From positions 5,943,902 through 6,007,901 of the forward strand of contig MU053652.1 of NCBI GenBank assembly GCA_013239625.1: a stretch of 64,000 nucleotides of DNA, written 5' to 3'. The notes under the pieces were generated by a model. The model was not told the DNA's origin. It ran no database searches and saw only the letters and a list, made by a program, of their open reading frames with translations. Below, piece by piece: positions 1-12,824 of the stretch. A program made the position numbers and the translations under genes. Within the stretch, counting starts at the first letter, position 1. Each line of letters starts with the position of its first letter. Source of the DNA: Lama guanicoe. Taxonomy: Eukaryota.

Positions 1-1658
1 CCACTGAATTGACCAACTGTTTGCTAGATCACTACTACATTAACATTAAGAGCTGTATAATAATTTCAGAAAAAGGAAAATAGACCCTAACATCTCAGTT
101 TGTAAAACTAAACTGTCTCCTGAGAAATTCTTAGAAAGCAAAGCTCAACAACTATATGTCAGTCAACAAATTTAAAATTCATGTCAAGCTCATCTCAGGA
201 ACTCACATTGTAAGGTATATAGCACTTTGCAAACTTGAGCAGATCTGCCTTTTTCCTAAGAGGGAACAAAACTCAAAAGGATGCACTTTGATGTGCAAAA
301 AACCTTAACGGAGGTCCATGTGGTATTCCTGGACCAATAAGAATTTACCTTGTGTTCCAGGGATGTGAGATACTGTCAGAGTTTTAGATTTCATTAATGA
401 AAACAGAAAACAATCTTACTATACATTTTATAAGGCTGACTTCATTTCCCATCACACAAACACTTAGCTATATGTTGTTAATTTTAAGCTATATGCTAAA
501 ACACATCACAACTTTACCATCAGTGTTTTAAATGGATAGCTGGCATATAGCCTTTGACAATATTTAGCACTTTATAACAACACATTAATGCTAACTTTAG
601 AAACTATAGCATAATGAAATTTAACAGCCAATTAAGTTGAGGAGTCACTGTCAGCTTCCCCAGTTCTGCTTTTAGATGAAAGACAGAAGCAAACACAGGA
701 AGTAGGGGGCAAACTCTGGCTCCTGTAAAATCTGAAGGGTTGTGGGCTTGAAGTGTTAGGGAATAGAAAAACACATTATCTAAACGGTCGGAAAAGAAAT
801 CAGGTGATTTCTTTTTAAATTTAGAAATGGTAACAGTGTTCAGTCTTTCTGTTTATCGCTACGTTCATACATTGATCTCTGAAAAAGTCTCACTGACTCA
901 TGTGGCAGCAGCCCCTAGACAACCTTCTGAATGTTTACTTTAAAAGAAAAAAAAAAGCAAAGTTGGATGTATTTAATCTTCACTCAAGCTAATTGGGGTT
1001 TATAACTAGTCAAGGAAATAAATAGTTTGACTAGTGAAAATTTAGATGTTTTCCTTTACTAAGATGCTGTGGTCTTTGAGAAGTAATATAAACTCATTAT
1101 ATATGAAGTTGAAAAATGTTGGATGGGGGAATTCCAAGGAAGAGTATGTCTATTCAGTTGGGGTATCTATATTAAAATATATTAGGAAAGTGTTGTATAT
1201 AACTTTATCTCAATTATTGAATGCTCAGAAATAGCTTTATAGATTGATAGGAGGTTGCAGTAGCATTAAAATAAAATTCTAGTGTATGAAGTCCAGAACA
1301 TTTAGGTGCAGAACAAATTTTAAAATATAAAATATTCATACACAGCTAGCTCTTCCATATATCACATGGATTGTGGAAAATTTCCAAATTCCTTAGTGTT
1401 CTCATTGTCATTACTTTCTTTGAATCAATTTTGCCTTTGGCATTTTCTGCCAGTTCAGTGCCTGCTCACCACAGTTTACCCTGTAGTAATGTAGACATAG
1501 AAATCTTTTTTTCTTTAAAATCCATGAAAGAAAACAAAATCAGATAAATAAATAGTAATGCTCACATAAAAGATGCCAGTGCTTGCATGCGTGCATGCGC
1601 GCGTGCAGCAGAGAGGTTTACCGAGCAGCAATGCAAACCTCATAACCTGAAATGTGAG

Positions 1659-2017
1659 TGCTATAGACAGAATGTGTTCCCCCCAAATTCCTGTGTTGAA
1701 ACCCTATCCCCTAATGTGATGGTATTTGGAGGCGGACCTTTGGGAGGTGATTAGAATTAGATACCGCCATGAGGGTAGAGCCCTCATGAATGGCATTAGT
1801 GCCCTTCGAAGAGTCACGGGAGAGCTTGCTTCCTCTCTGCTCTTTGCCATAAGTAAACGGCTGCCTGAAATGCCAGAAGAGAGCCTTCATCAGAACCCAG
1901 ACAGGCTGGCATCCTGAGCCAGGACTTTCAGACTCAGAGCTGTGAGAAATAAAATTCTTCTTGTTTACAAGCCACTCAGTCCATGATAATTTATCATAGC
2001 AGCCCAACAGTTAGACA
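1659..2017 (+). mobile_element. MaLR solo LTR (MLT1A-like)
   Basis: TG start tgctatagacagaatgtg..ccccaaattc..gttgaaaccct..aatgtgatggtatttggagg; AATAAA near 1948; ends ..atagcagcccaac..agaca. Confidence 0.85.
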
Positions 2018-2034
2018 CCTGTGATCTGAAATTA

Positions 2035-2110
2035 CAAATTATTCATGCCCTCAAGTTGGGAGATTCTGATTCAGTAAGTCTGGAGTGGCGCTGAGGAATC
2101 TACACGTAAG
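2035..2110. mobile_element. MER5A-like hAT fragment
   Basis: gagattctgattcagtaagtctggagtgg..ggaatct core motif. Confidence 0.6.
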
Positions 2111-3629
2111 AAGATAACCAAGATGGGGGCACCTGCTCTGGGATGCCTTGTCTTCATCGTCAATCATCAAGTTTAATGATGGGAAATCAATGAAACACAA
2201 GGTCTCTTTACAGACCTAGGGATCTACCCTGTTTCAGTCCCATATTACTAAATTTCCCTCGTCATGTGCCTCTTTCTTCATAAGCAGCCATGCTGGTCTG
2301 CCCAGGACTGTCCAGGTTTTGATCCTACGTCCTGAGAAACTACTCGGTCCCGGAACAACAAATGACTTGTCACCAGATCAGGTCTTTAAAGAAATAACTG
2401 AATCTTTGTGGTTGCTATGATCATTCTTCAATATTTATTCATAAATTGCTTATTTCATGGTTAAAACTGTGGGAGAGGAATTTTAGAAGCTGAAAGGGCT
2501 ATTTTCCCAGGTCACTTGAGACATTCTGGACATAAGCCGTATTATCCTAGGACCTAGGAGACGAGGTGCCCCACAGAGATAGGGAGAAGACAGAACCTCC
2601 ACAGCAACACTAATCTTAGCTTAGATCATGCAGTGAAGGCAGGTTGAAGGAGACAATGTACCTTTTGGCACCTTGAAGAGGCTCTTTGTTAGATCTGCCC
2701 TCTCTCCTTGTGCTCCCAAACCTGCAAAACTTCCTCAGTAGGAAGTTTTAGGAAAATCATAATATAATTTCCTACAGCGATAGCCTGGTTTTGGATCTGA
2801 TGAGTTTGATACGGAGGCAAACTTTATAGAAATGTTGTAGGCAATTGAACATGTGGGCTGGAAGTTAGGTGACAGAAAGTCCTAGCATACTAATTTTCCA
2901 GGAAGCTAGATTCCACAATGAATTAAATTGATTACTGTGAGTCGATCTAATGTTTTGGATTCTGTAACCAACATTTTGGATTTCACTTTATATTTCTAGA
3001 CCATAGAAGTAGTAAGAGTTGGATGCATTTAGAATGAATGGATTCTGAGATTGGAGGAAAAAAAGAGGACTCAGTCTTGGGGAATGGAAAGTTGAGCCAT
3101 CAAAAAGTCTGAAAAGGCATGTAGAAAGGAGGAGCCGAATTCAGCATCATGACAGACTTCAGGGGAAAGAGCAACGACCCACAGCATTGAAAGGACCTGA
3201 GTGTAACAAGTGATTGAGGCCAGAGGAAAACTTGTTCAATGATTGTATGAATAAAAATGAATGAGTTGACCACTACATCTGTCTAGAAGAAAGTCACTGG
3301 TTTTATCAGTGTAAAAACCCAAATATTAAAAAAAAATTTAAATCATCTGTCTAAATTTAGAGGAAATATACTTTAGTGTGAAGAAAGGAATATTTGTTGA
3401 ACGTAAAGACTGATTATTAAAGTTCACTAACTGAGATTTATGGGAAAATTTAAAGTGCTTGCTTTTGATCTCTCCAAGTATTACCAGATGTATAAGGTTT
3501 AGGGGGATGTGGAAGTGATGGGAGATCCTTTTTTGTCCCCTTAATGAGCCCTCAGTGTCCTTTCTATAGTTTTTTTCTTGAGTGCCCAACATTCTTGCCA
3601 TCTACCACACTTCCCTGGGGATTGAGAGA

Positions 3630-3745
3630 ATATTGGATTTTGAATCTGAGACCTGGGAATGGTTCCCGTATCTGCTCTATGTGTCCTAAGGGGAATTTCG
3701 CCTCCGCAGTCTGTTTCCTCATCTTCAAAACAAGGATGTTGTATT
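3630..3745 (+). mobile_element. MIR SINE fragment
   Basis: agacctggg..cagtctgtttcctcatcttcaaaacaagg core. Confidence 0.65.
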
Positions 3746-3924
3746 ATAACTAATTCTACATCATCTGAGTTTAACATCAAGTTTATCTTCCATTTTTCAT
3801 TGTATGCTTCTGTTGCATATTAAATGATAAAACACCAAGCTAAAGGTAATCTTCAATGCCAATTCTCATCCTCAAATACACTTAAAAACAGGTACAGTTA
3901 TTCTGAATAGAATTCCTTTCAAGA

Positions 3925-4203
3925 GCTCTATATCTTTTATCTAACGTACAGCAAGGTGACTATAGTTAACAATACAGTATTGTATACTTGAAAGTTTTCA
4001 AGAGATTAGATCTTAAAAGTTCTCAGCACAAGGGAAAAAGGCAACTATGTGAGGTGGACGTGTTATCTAACCTTATTTTGGTAATCATTTCACAATATAT
4101 ATGCACATTAAATTATCACATTGTATTTCTTAAACTTACACAATGTTATATGTCAATTATATATCAATAAACTGAAAAAATTTAAAAATAAAAACAAATA
4201 AAA
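3925..4203 (+). mobile_element. L1 3' end (L1MA-like)
   Basis: gtgactatagttaacaatacagtattgtatacttgaaa..atgtcaattatatatcaataaa followed by an A-rich tail. Confidence 0.85.
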
Positions 4204-4767
4204 AGTTGAGTTCAAGAGGAAAATTAATTGAATGATTCTTCTAAAGATAAGCAGTTTCACTTAAGGAAATATTGTGATTAAGTAGTTACAAAAAAGGCTC
4301 CCAAACTGAGCGCATTCAAAACAAGAACAGACCTGGGGTGGGAGTGGGGTGGAGAGATCTCACTGTGGGCCACTAATTAAACGATGCTCTGGGAGCTGAA
4401 GTGGATGAAAGAACAACAGTCTGTACATTTTACTTTAAAAATCAAGTCACTACCAAACTTCTAGGTAATTACTAGAACGTACAGTATAATAGGACTCAAT
4501 AAGGTGGAAAGAAAGATAATGAAACTCTACATCTTTTATTTATTTTATATATTTTGGTTGCTAATGAAATAGTTTCTGTTCTTTCCAAATAAAAAAATTT
4601 AATACCCAGTTTAAAAACCTGGCTTAGTAAGGACAGGACTAAAATAATCAGGAGTACAATCAAATAGTTCTGTTGCATTATGTGTGCCTCAAGTGATGAA
4701 AACAGCCCTCGTGCCATCTCGTAGTGGAATCTAACCCGAGCTGATGCTTTGGCTTTTTATTTTGCAG

Positions 4768-4968
4768 GGCTGGAGCGAATTGCACGGGATTCATCTTACG
4801 AACAAGAAGGAAAGGTCCAGTTTGTGATTGATGCCGTGTATTCCATGGCTTATGCTCTGCACAATATGCACAAAGATCTCTGCCCTGGATACATTGGCCT
4901 TTGCCCACGAATGAGTACCATTGATGGGAAAGAACTTCTCGGTTATATTCGAGCTGTGAATTTCAATG
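4768..4968 (+). CDS. GRM8: Internal coding exon (201 bp, phase 1-1) of metabotropic glutamate receptor 8, Venus-flytrap domain
   Basis: Translates (G)[66 protein letters not shown](G). This matches mGlu8 as I recall it (approx. aa 386-453) and differs from the mGlu4 and mGlu7 paralog sequences. Acceptor ttttattttgcag (AG 4766-4767); donor G|GTAAGT (GT 4969-4970). Confidence 0.97.
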
Positions 4969-6599
4969 GTAAGTCAAAACTTTTTTTTTTTTGATATCTA
5001 CATACTTCAGAAGTGACAGGGTGTTTTTATTGTTTTTTCTTCTTTTTCTCCCTATATATAGAATCTACTCAAGCAGAGTAGAAAGCACAGGATTAGAAGC
5101 GGTTCCCCTTTTAATCAGAAGTGTGAGTTTTTCCACCTGCTTTTAAATCTCAAACATATTTTTTTTTTGTGCTACCATTAAGCTGCTCCTGGAAGAAGCA
5201 GAAGTTAAAAATAAGCCTCTATCAATCAAAATATCACTATTTCAGAAATAACTTAGGAGGCTCATTTGGCACCACTGACAACAGATTAGATTTCTTTGAA
5301 AATGTTTTGTTCATGCCGTTATTAGAGAAGGAATTGCAGACATTTTGTTGTGAACTCGATTTAAACATGTTTAACAGTGAGATGACGTGAGGAAAGGGGG
5401 TGAATTGAAACTGCTATATATTTACATTCTAAGAGTGCTGTGTTAAGTTTCTGTGTCTTCTTTTTCCTTGTATTTCTTTCAATGATTTGGTCAATTTGAA
5501 GCAACGAACTGTGTCGTGTAAGATAGAACTACATACAGGGCAGCGTAGATGGGATGTGGCTACTGCAGAAGCAGAAAGGCTGCTTCTGTAAGTGTCACAA
5601 GAAATTGATACAGAATATGCTGGATTCATAGTATTCAGCAGAGAATAGCCAAACTGCCTGTCTCAAGTGATGGAACTATTGAATGCTATTCTTTCATGAA
5701 AGTTGTAATGGTTGTTGCCCATGACTTTGACCATTATTTCAACTGAAATGACAGAATGCTCTGAGCTGTCTAATTCTTTCTGTTTGGCTGTAATCCACAC
5801 AGTGGACATGCCTCCGAGCCACGCGCAGCACTGCACTGTCCATCATAATACACTCCAGTGACCTCAGCTGCCAGCCTTTCTCAAAAAAGCACAAGGTCAT
5901 CTTCAATTTAGAATTCAAGTGGAAACTTCTTCTTTTGCTTTGTTCAGGCAACATGAGACACGATTTGGTTTACATTCAACACAAAGCATCCTCTTTTTCA
6001 GTAGAATTTGGTGACACATTACATAACATTGAGCCTTTTGTTAAGAATATAAATAGAAAGGGGAATTTGAAAATAATTTTCTTATAATTATTAAATGGAG
6101 CAAAAGAGGAGTGTTACAAAAGAGGGGGTTATTTATCCTAACGTGAGGTGGGGAACACTGTACTTATCCAAATTGCTAAGAGGTACGATGAGGAATGCAA
6201 ATGAATATATTTTTTCCATAACTGAAGCTGTTCTCTAGAAGGGGCAGGGAAATCTTTTAAAGACACATTGGATTCAACTATTTTAAAGGTGAATTACTAT
6301 ATTTCTCCTATCTTAACCATAGATAAAAACCTAACCCTTCCTTGATGACTTTAATGATTATACCATATTGTAATATAATGATGCTATTAAAGACTATTAC
6401 AGTGTCTTGATGTTTAAGGATTATTAAGACAATTTGCCTCTAGACTCCAGTAATTTCTGAGCTCTTCTGTCCACCTTTTATAGTTTTTTCCCCTTCTACA
6501 TCATCAGACTGCTATTGTAGTAGTTCTAGGAACTGATCCCTTCCCTAATTTGCTTCTTTCAATCCACTATGGACACAGAAACAGACATAAAACTTCATA

Positions 6600-6985
6600 A
6601 ATTTAGTCAAGAGATATTTATTGGGTACATAGAATGTGTTAAGCATCATGATAGATGCTGAAGATACACTACAGGTAAAAACAGTCAAAACAAGACATGA
6701 GAGATAGAGTTTCTTGGGGAACTTGATAGTAATCAAATAAGCACACAAAGGTATAATTACATAATCTGCAGTGAGCACTAAAGGAAGAGGTGTGCTGGAC
6801 TAAGAGTTTATAAGAGGGAACCATGCCCCTCTTCTAGGGCGTTAGGGACAGCTGAAATCTGGAGATGAGTGTCAGAGATAAGGGTAAAGCAGTAGACCAG
6901 ACCAGATGGACCATGAGAGGTCTCACAAGTCATCCTTAAGATGTGTTCTTCATCTTGAAAGCAATAGGAAGCCACTGAAACATAA
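6600..6985 (-). mobile_element. L2 LINE 3' fragment
   Basis: atatttattgggtacatagaatgtg..gatgctgaagatac is the reverse-complement L2 tail pattern. Confidence 0.65.
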
Positions 6986-7136
6986 CAGAGCTGTGTCTGA
7001 TACTAAGAGTGTACTCCAGACGAGAATCATGTAACATACATGAATTTTAGTGTATGAACCTCAAAGAAACTCTCTGAGCTCCTTGGAACTGTGTTTTGCT
7101 AATGGCTTGCAACTTGGCTGTGTTCCAATAGCTGGT

Positions 7137-7161
7137 AATAATAATAATAATAATAATAATA
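7137..7161. repeat. (AAT)n microsatellite
   Basis: taataataataataataataata. Confidence 0.9.
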
Positions 7162-7947
7162 GGGTAAAAGACCTGCGTGTAACCAAATAATCATGAAATA
7201 TATCATTTGATTTGCAGTGACTTTCAGGATGTTTATTAATTTTTTAATTTCATTATTGGCTTATCTATTAGCATTCATTCATTATTGATACCTTGCCTGT
7301 TTCTGATAAAAAGACGCATAGGGCTATTCAAATAGAAGCACGTCATCAAAACTATTGAAGGAAGAAGAAACAAATTTGGTCACCGGAATGAAGGACTACG
7401 TTAAGTTCTGAGCCTCCCAAACAGCCAAAATGCAAAGGGACATTCAGTGGAGTAGATAAGTTTCATTACGTGACAGAAGCAAGCCTGCCTATTTTTCAGG
7501 AGAGAATGAATTTTCTTAGAAATTATTTCTAAGAGAAAAGTATCATATAAGACTTTGACAGCCTAATAAGCAATGTTATTTAACAAAACTTTACTTGGGG
7601 AGCCAGAGGGAAACAAAGACCTGCCTTTTAGGATTACTTTTATTGCTACCATTTGAACAAAATGCTATTTCCATAAATTTTTTAAGTGCCAAGATTTATC
7701 AGAAGAAACACATAAAATAAAGAAGAGGAGTTCAGATTTTTCGGGTACTTAAGCAACAATGTCAATTCCTTACTCTGCTCTGGTCTATAGGCAATGAAAT
7801 ATTAATCCTGTACATCATGTATAGAATCAGAGATTTTCCTGTTGCCATGAGAACCTTATTCATCATAAAGAAAAAGTGTTGCATAGAATTCAAGAGATAT
7901 CTCCTTACTTCTCTGTAGTTGAGCAGGGTAGGCTCAGCAGCATACAA

Positions 7948-8400
7948 ATTAGGGTTCTTTGTAGGTAACAGAAACCAACTGAAGCTTGCTTAAGCTAAAA
8001 GGAAGAATTTATGAGGGTGTGTCAAGAAACCCCATGGCAGAATGTAGAGGGGTCTAAGGAAAGAACTGGCTATAAGTACTAAAACTTTCAGAAATCCAAA
8101 CATCTGTCTATCTGCTTTGTTTGATTCTCCTTATATTGGTTTTCTAAGTCCTCAGGGTAGGGAGCCGAAAGCCTTCTACATTTCTAGAATTTAGCTACTC
8201 TTTATTTAGGACACATGCCGAGATTAACATATATATTTTTAAGTCCCAATTCTAACTTTTTCAGAAACTTGAATCTTATTAGTGGAACTTAGGTTGGACG
8301 TCAGACTTGTTCCAAATCATCAGTGACAAGAAGCAAGCAGTACAAACTGAGTTGTCTTGGATGCTCCCTGTGGCTGAAAGGGACATTTAGGAAGTCTCTA
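7948..8400. mobile_element. Old MaLR LTR remnant (MLT1J/K/L-like)
   Basis: ttagggttcttt..gtaacagaaaccaact..gcttaagctaaaaggaagaatttat start motif. Confidence 0.45.
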
Positions 8401-9099
8401 TAAGTGACTTAGGGGGACAGTTTAAAGTGAGAAGAGAGGTGAAAACCGGCGAGGGGTGATGCTGTGGTCTCTGAATCCCTTTGCTTCTCTTGGTGAGTGA
8501 GCTTTGGTTGGGCTAGCGAAGACACAGTTAAGAATCACATAGAATCTGTGAGAATCTGAGAGAGGAATCAGTTTTGGAATTACTTAATGCAAACCTTCAT
8601 GTTGTGACTGAATTCCCTGAATGAAGCAGTTTGTCTAAACTCACACTGAGATAGTTGTCTAACCGTTTCAATGCTCAGTATTCTAAGAAACATATGTAAA
8701 CAGTTTCCTGATTACAGAGGCTGATATAGAGATGGAATTTATCAGCACTTTCCTTTCTTTAGAAACCTTGTTGATTTTAGGGACTTACTGCAAATTTTCC
8801 AAATATACAATTGTGAGAGTCTCTGAATACTGCAGTCTGATTTTGAAGCAGATTTCCTTGTGTAAAATACCTTTAAGCTATGGGAAAGGAGTATCACTTA
8901 ATATTAAGAAATGTACTACAAACACACCAATAGGTCAAATAAGACAATGATAAATATAAGATTCTGTAAAGCCATTTGATTAAAATACAATTTGCATTTC
9001 TGTTACAAGTACAAAAACATAAATAAACAAACTGGAAATGGAATAAATGTTTAACATGATAAAGCACAGCTCTCAACCTATAATCAATTATTTATTTAT

Positions 9100-10560
9100 A
9101 GTTATTCCTCTTACAGAGATAGATTAGTCCTATTGGCACTATTATTAATATTCTACAAAATTTAACCAATGTGATAAAGCATGAAACAAATTACAGAGAC
9201 CACTCCTAGAAATGGAAAAGTACTATTATGATTATTTTTAAATGATCTGATCTCAAGACAATAAATTGAAAAACATATTAGATGTACTTACTTCAGGAAG
9301 ATGATGAAACAGAAAATTAATATTAAAACATGAAGAACTTTCATACATACTAGTAAGAAATCATTGACTAATATATGGGAAATGAAACTGTTTTCTTTGC
9401 AAAAAATATTTAAAATGTCTTGGAATAAAGTGAACCCCCAAAAAAGGAAAGACTTATATGAAGACAACTTTACTGAGAGATATTGCTTGTTTGTAGACAG
9501 AAAAACTATGTATAGGGAAAAATGTTAATCTTTTCTGAATAAGTCTGTATTCAGGCATCGTATAATTCCAACCAAAATGACAAAGGATTATTTTCTAGAC
9601 TTTGAAATAATAGTTTATATTTTAGCTGTGAGAAAAAATGAGTAAAAATAGCTAAAATGATTTTGAAGAAAAAAATTAATCCTACCAACCATTTAACATT
9701 TAAGCATAATGTTAAGCTACAATAAGCAATCCAGTATAGAGCTATTACCAGGCTAGACATATGATAAATGGAACCAGATATAAATAGCCAGAAACATATA
9801 AGAATGATAAATGGGTAAATAGACAAAGTGGTTTATCCAGGTATATGTACGTACATACATATGAACTTATGATGAGATAAAGGTGAGTTAGAACTCAGTG
9901 GGAAAGGACATTTGATTGATTATCAATTTATAGTAAAATCAATTATGATTTTGATTATGATCTCTCCATATAAGAGAGTATTATCCATTTGGAATTTATT
10001 TCAGAGTAGGGTGAAAAGGAGAAGCAAAAGAACAAAGGAAGACAGTACAGAAGATATAAGACAATTCAGATTTGAATGGAAAAGCTTAAAATCAAAGGAA
10101 TTACAGTGAGAAAACAGACCTGTTTCATTTAGTAAAATGTAACACTTTTGAATATTAAAAATTGCCATAAGCACAGTTTTAAATGGAAGATAAAGTAGGA
10201 GATACATTTGGGTTGTTGTGTCAAAGGATAATATCTAAATATTTTAAAAAGCCAGCTAAATTGATACAAATTATGGTATCTCCAAGAGATCAATTGGCAA
10301 AATTTGTAAATGTTAATAAAAACGTGAAAAAATGTTAAGCCTCACAAAGAAAGTCCATTTAATCAACAGTGAAAGACTGTTTTCCTCCTACTGAATTTAC
10401 AAAGACTTAAAAAGTTATGATAGTAATTATTAAAAGGTAATTATACTGGTTTTTCCATATATGCTTGGTGAGAGTGGCTGTTGGTGAAATATTTTTGGAG
10501 CGAATTTGCTTAGTGTATATCATTATTTTTAGGAATGCAGTCTAAAGAAAAGTATTTGAA
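9100..10560 (+). mobile_element. Old, degraded L1 (L1ME-like) ORF2 3' region
   Basis: A-rich; aattccaaccaaaat..aaatagctaaaatgattttgaagaaaaaa..gataaatggaaccagata resemble ORF2 C-terminal nucleotides. Confidence 0.65.
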
Positions 10561-10939
10561 ATAATTGTATTTACAAAGTTTTATTGAAAAATTAAGAAAG
10601 CAGAATAACAGTTTTGCTCTTTTTTGTTGTTGTCCTGATTTAATAGCCACCAACAATATGTTGTATTGTGGCATCATATTTTGGATGCATCTTGGAATCC
10701 TAGGCTTTTATCCTAGCTCGGCCTCTATTTTCCTCTGGATTGTGGGACCTTCTTGGGTCTTTTAGATGGGAGGATTATCCTAAAGTGAACTAACCTCTGA
10801 GGTCCCTTTGGCTCTGTATTCTCTACAGATTCTTTTAAAGATAAAGATGTATTTTTAAAACATAGTTTTAAGTTCTTACTATTGCTATTTTTTAGTTGTT
10901 TATTTATTTTAATTTTTTTACGAATCATTCCTTTAGCCC

Positions 10940-11700
10940 ACATACATTTTATTGGGAATCCTACAACATATCCAATAAAAGGGCTCTCTGCTAGGCATCA
11001 AGAATACAAAGATTGAGAAAACGTGGTCCTATGAATTTTCAAATATCATAGCTGAACAGAGGAGAGACACAAACATGTTCCCAACAGTAACTCAATTTGA
11101 TAAGTGATATAGAGGCATGTGCGTGTACAAACACAACATAAAGCTGAGATTAGGAAACTACATAAAGGGGGCTTAAAGAATACAACACAGAGAGCAGGTG
11201 ATGTCTGATTTAAATAACAGATGGAAAATTCCTTAGGTGGACAAGGTGGGAAAAGGTATTCACAGAAGACAAAGCAGCTTAATAGCAGCCAGATGACAGG
11301 GAAGAATATGCATTCTGAGAAAGTGGGCAGCCTCAGCATAAGAATTCAAGTCAGTGACGTGGGAGCAGCCTGGAGATGAGACTGGCAACATGAACTTGAA
11401 CCTGGTTAGAAATCCCTGCCAAACTCTGATGTTTGAACTTGACACAGCAGGCAAGAGGGAAGCTTTCTGAGCAGGACAGTGAAGGGCTAGGATTTGCGTT
11501 TTAGGGAAATCACTGTGGCAGCAATTTGTAGGCTAGAGGAAGAGATTGAAGACAGGGATGACAATTGAAGAGATGGGTCCAATCATCTCCACAAGAGAAG
11601 AGTGCCTGAAATGGGAAAATGAAAGTACAAATAGGAGGCAAAGAAGTGAAAGAGGGAGGCAGGCACAAAGAATCATTTGAGAGCTGCCTCTGTTCTAGGC
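10940..11700 (-). mobile_element. L2 LINE fragment
   Basis: tttattgggaatcctac..ctaggcatcaagaatacaaag..gatttgcgttttagggaaatcactgtggcagc. Confidence 0.75.
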
Positions 11701-12824
11701 ACTGTGCTTTGATTAGACGCCAGGCTTTGAGAAATATCGTTAACTTTTCCAAACGATCTTTCTGTAACTGTGACAACTTCATTACTAGAGCTAATTCAGT
11801 ATTTTAGTATATGTACCATTATGAAATTGGCTTGACACTACTTTATGCTTTATCTACCTTTATAAGTAGAAAATTAGATGCAAAATATCAATATATGGAA
11901 AAACTGACATAAAATGTCAACTCTAGAAGTTCTGATGCATAATTTCCTTGCGATAGACATTACTTATTTAGTAAATAGAGATGAGGCAAAGTCGACTTGA
12001 TAAAGTGACTATCTGTTAACTTTAAATATAAATATCCTTTTTGATAATTCCCTTATTGGAAATAAAATAGAGAAAATCATTATTAATAATTTGGAAGTAT
12101 ATTATATAATTTATTTTTGAAGATAAAAGTTTGCAGGTCATGAAGTAACTCCTGGAAGTATTTATACATTTTCTAAAAGTGAATGGCCTATGTAGTGATA
12201 TTGAGTATATAGAGATAAATAAACAGGCTGATTTGAAAATAGGTAATTTTTCAGTTTCTGATTAAGGAAACTTCAGGATGGCTATAAAATATGAGTCCAG
12301 TGAATTAAGCCACCATGAAATTTAGCAGTATAATTATACCTGCTTTTGTTTTCTAACGGAGTAAGGTGATAAACTGTGAGGGTGTTTTTAAGTCTAATTT
12401 CTTTTATAGTCATGAAGAACAAGGACTCTCATTTCCTCCCTTAATATAGGAAGACTTACATGTGGGCCAAGGTGGAGCCAGTGTTGAAGAAAGGCTTCAG
12501 GCAAATCGGTGGCATTGCCTCAGTTCTTCCTTGGATCCTACCCCACTTCACCCACTGCACTGGGCTTCTTTTACTCCTTTATTCTTGTCATCCATGAACT
12601 TCATCATGTGCCGACAATTCGAGATAAATAATAAGCAAATCGCAGAAACAGATGAGGTGCCATGGCCTCAGTCTCTGGTTAAGTGATGGCTCTGGGTCTA
12701 AACGGGGATGCAGCAGTGAGCCTTGAATGAAGGACGGGGCAGGGATGAAGGAGCAGAGAGGATCTACGGTGGTGGGGAGTTTCTGAAGTTTACGTTTAGT
12801 GATTTGTATTTATCAGAATGATCA

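Larger units (their letters stand above)
1..4767 (+). other. GRM8: GRM8 intron (3' part), ending at the splice acceptor
   Basis: No GRM8-like peptide seen upstream; ends in a T-rich tract plus CAG. Confidence 0.88.

Noticed and set aside
4749..4994. 81-aa ORF as a stand-alone gene
   Set aside because: The first residues (MAFYFA) and last residues (KSKLFFF) are intronic read-through beyond the splice sites; only 4768-4968 is exon.
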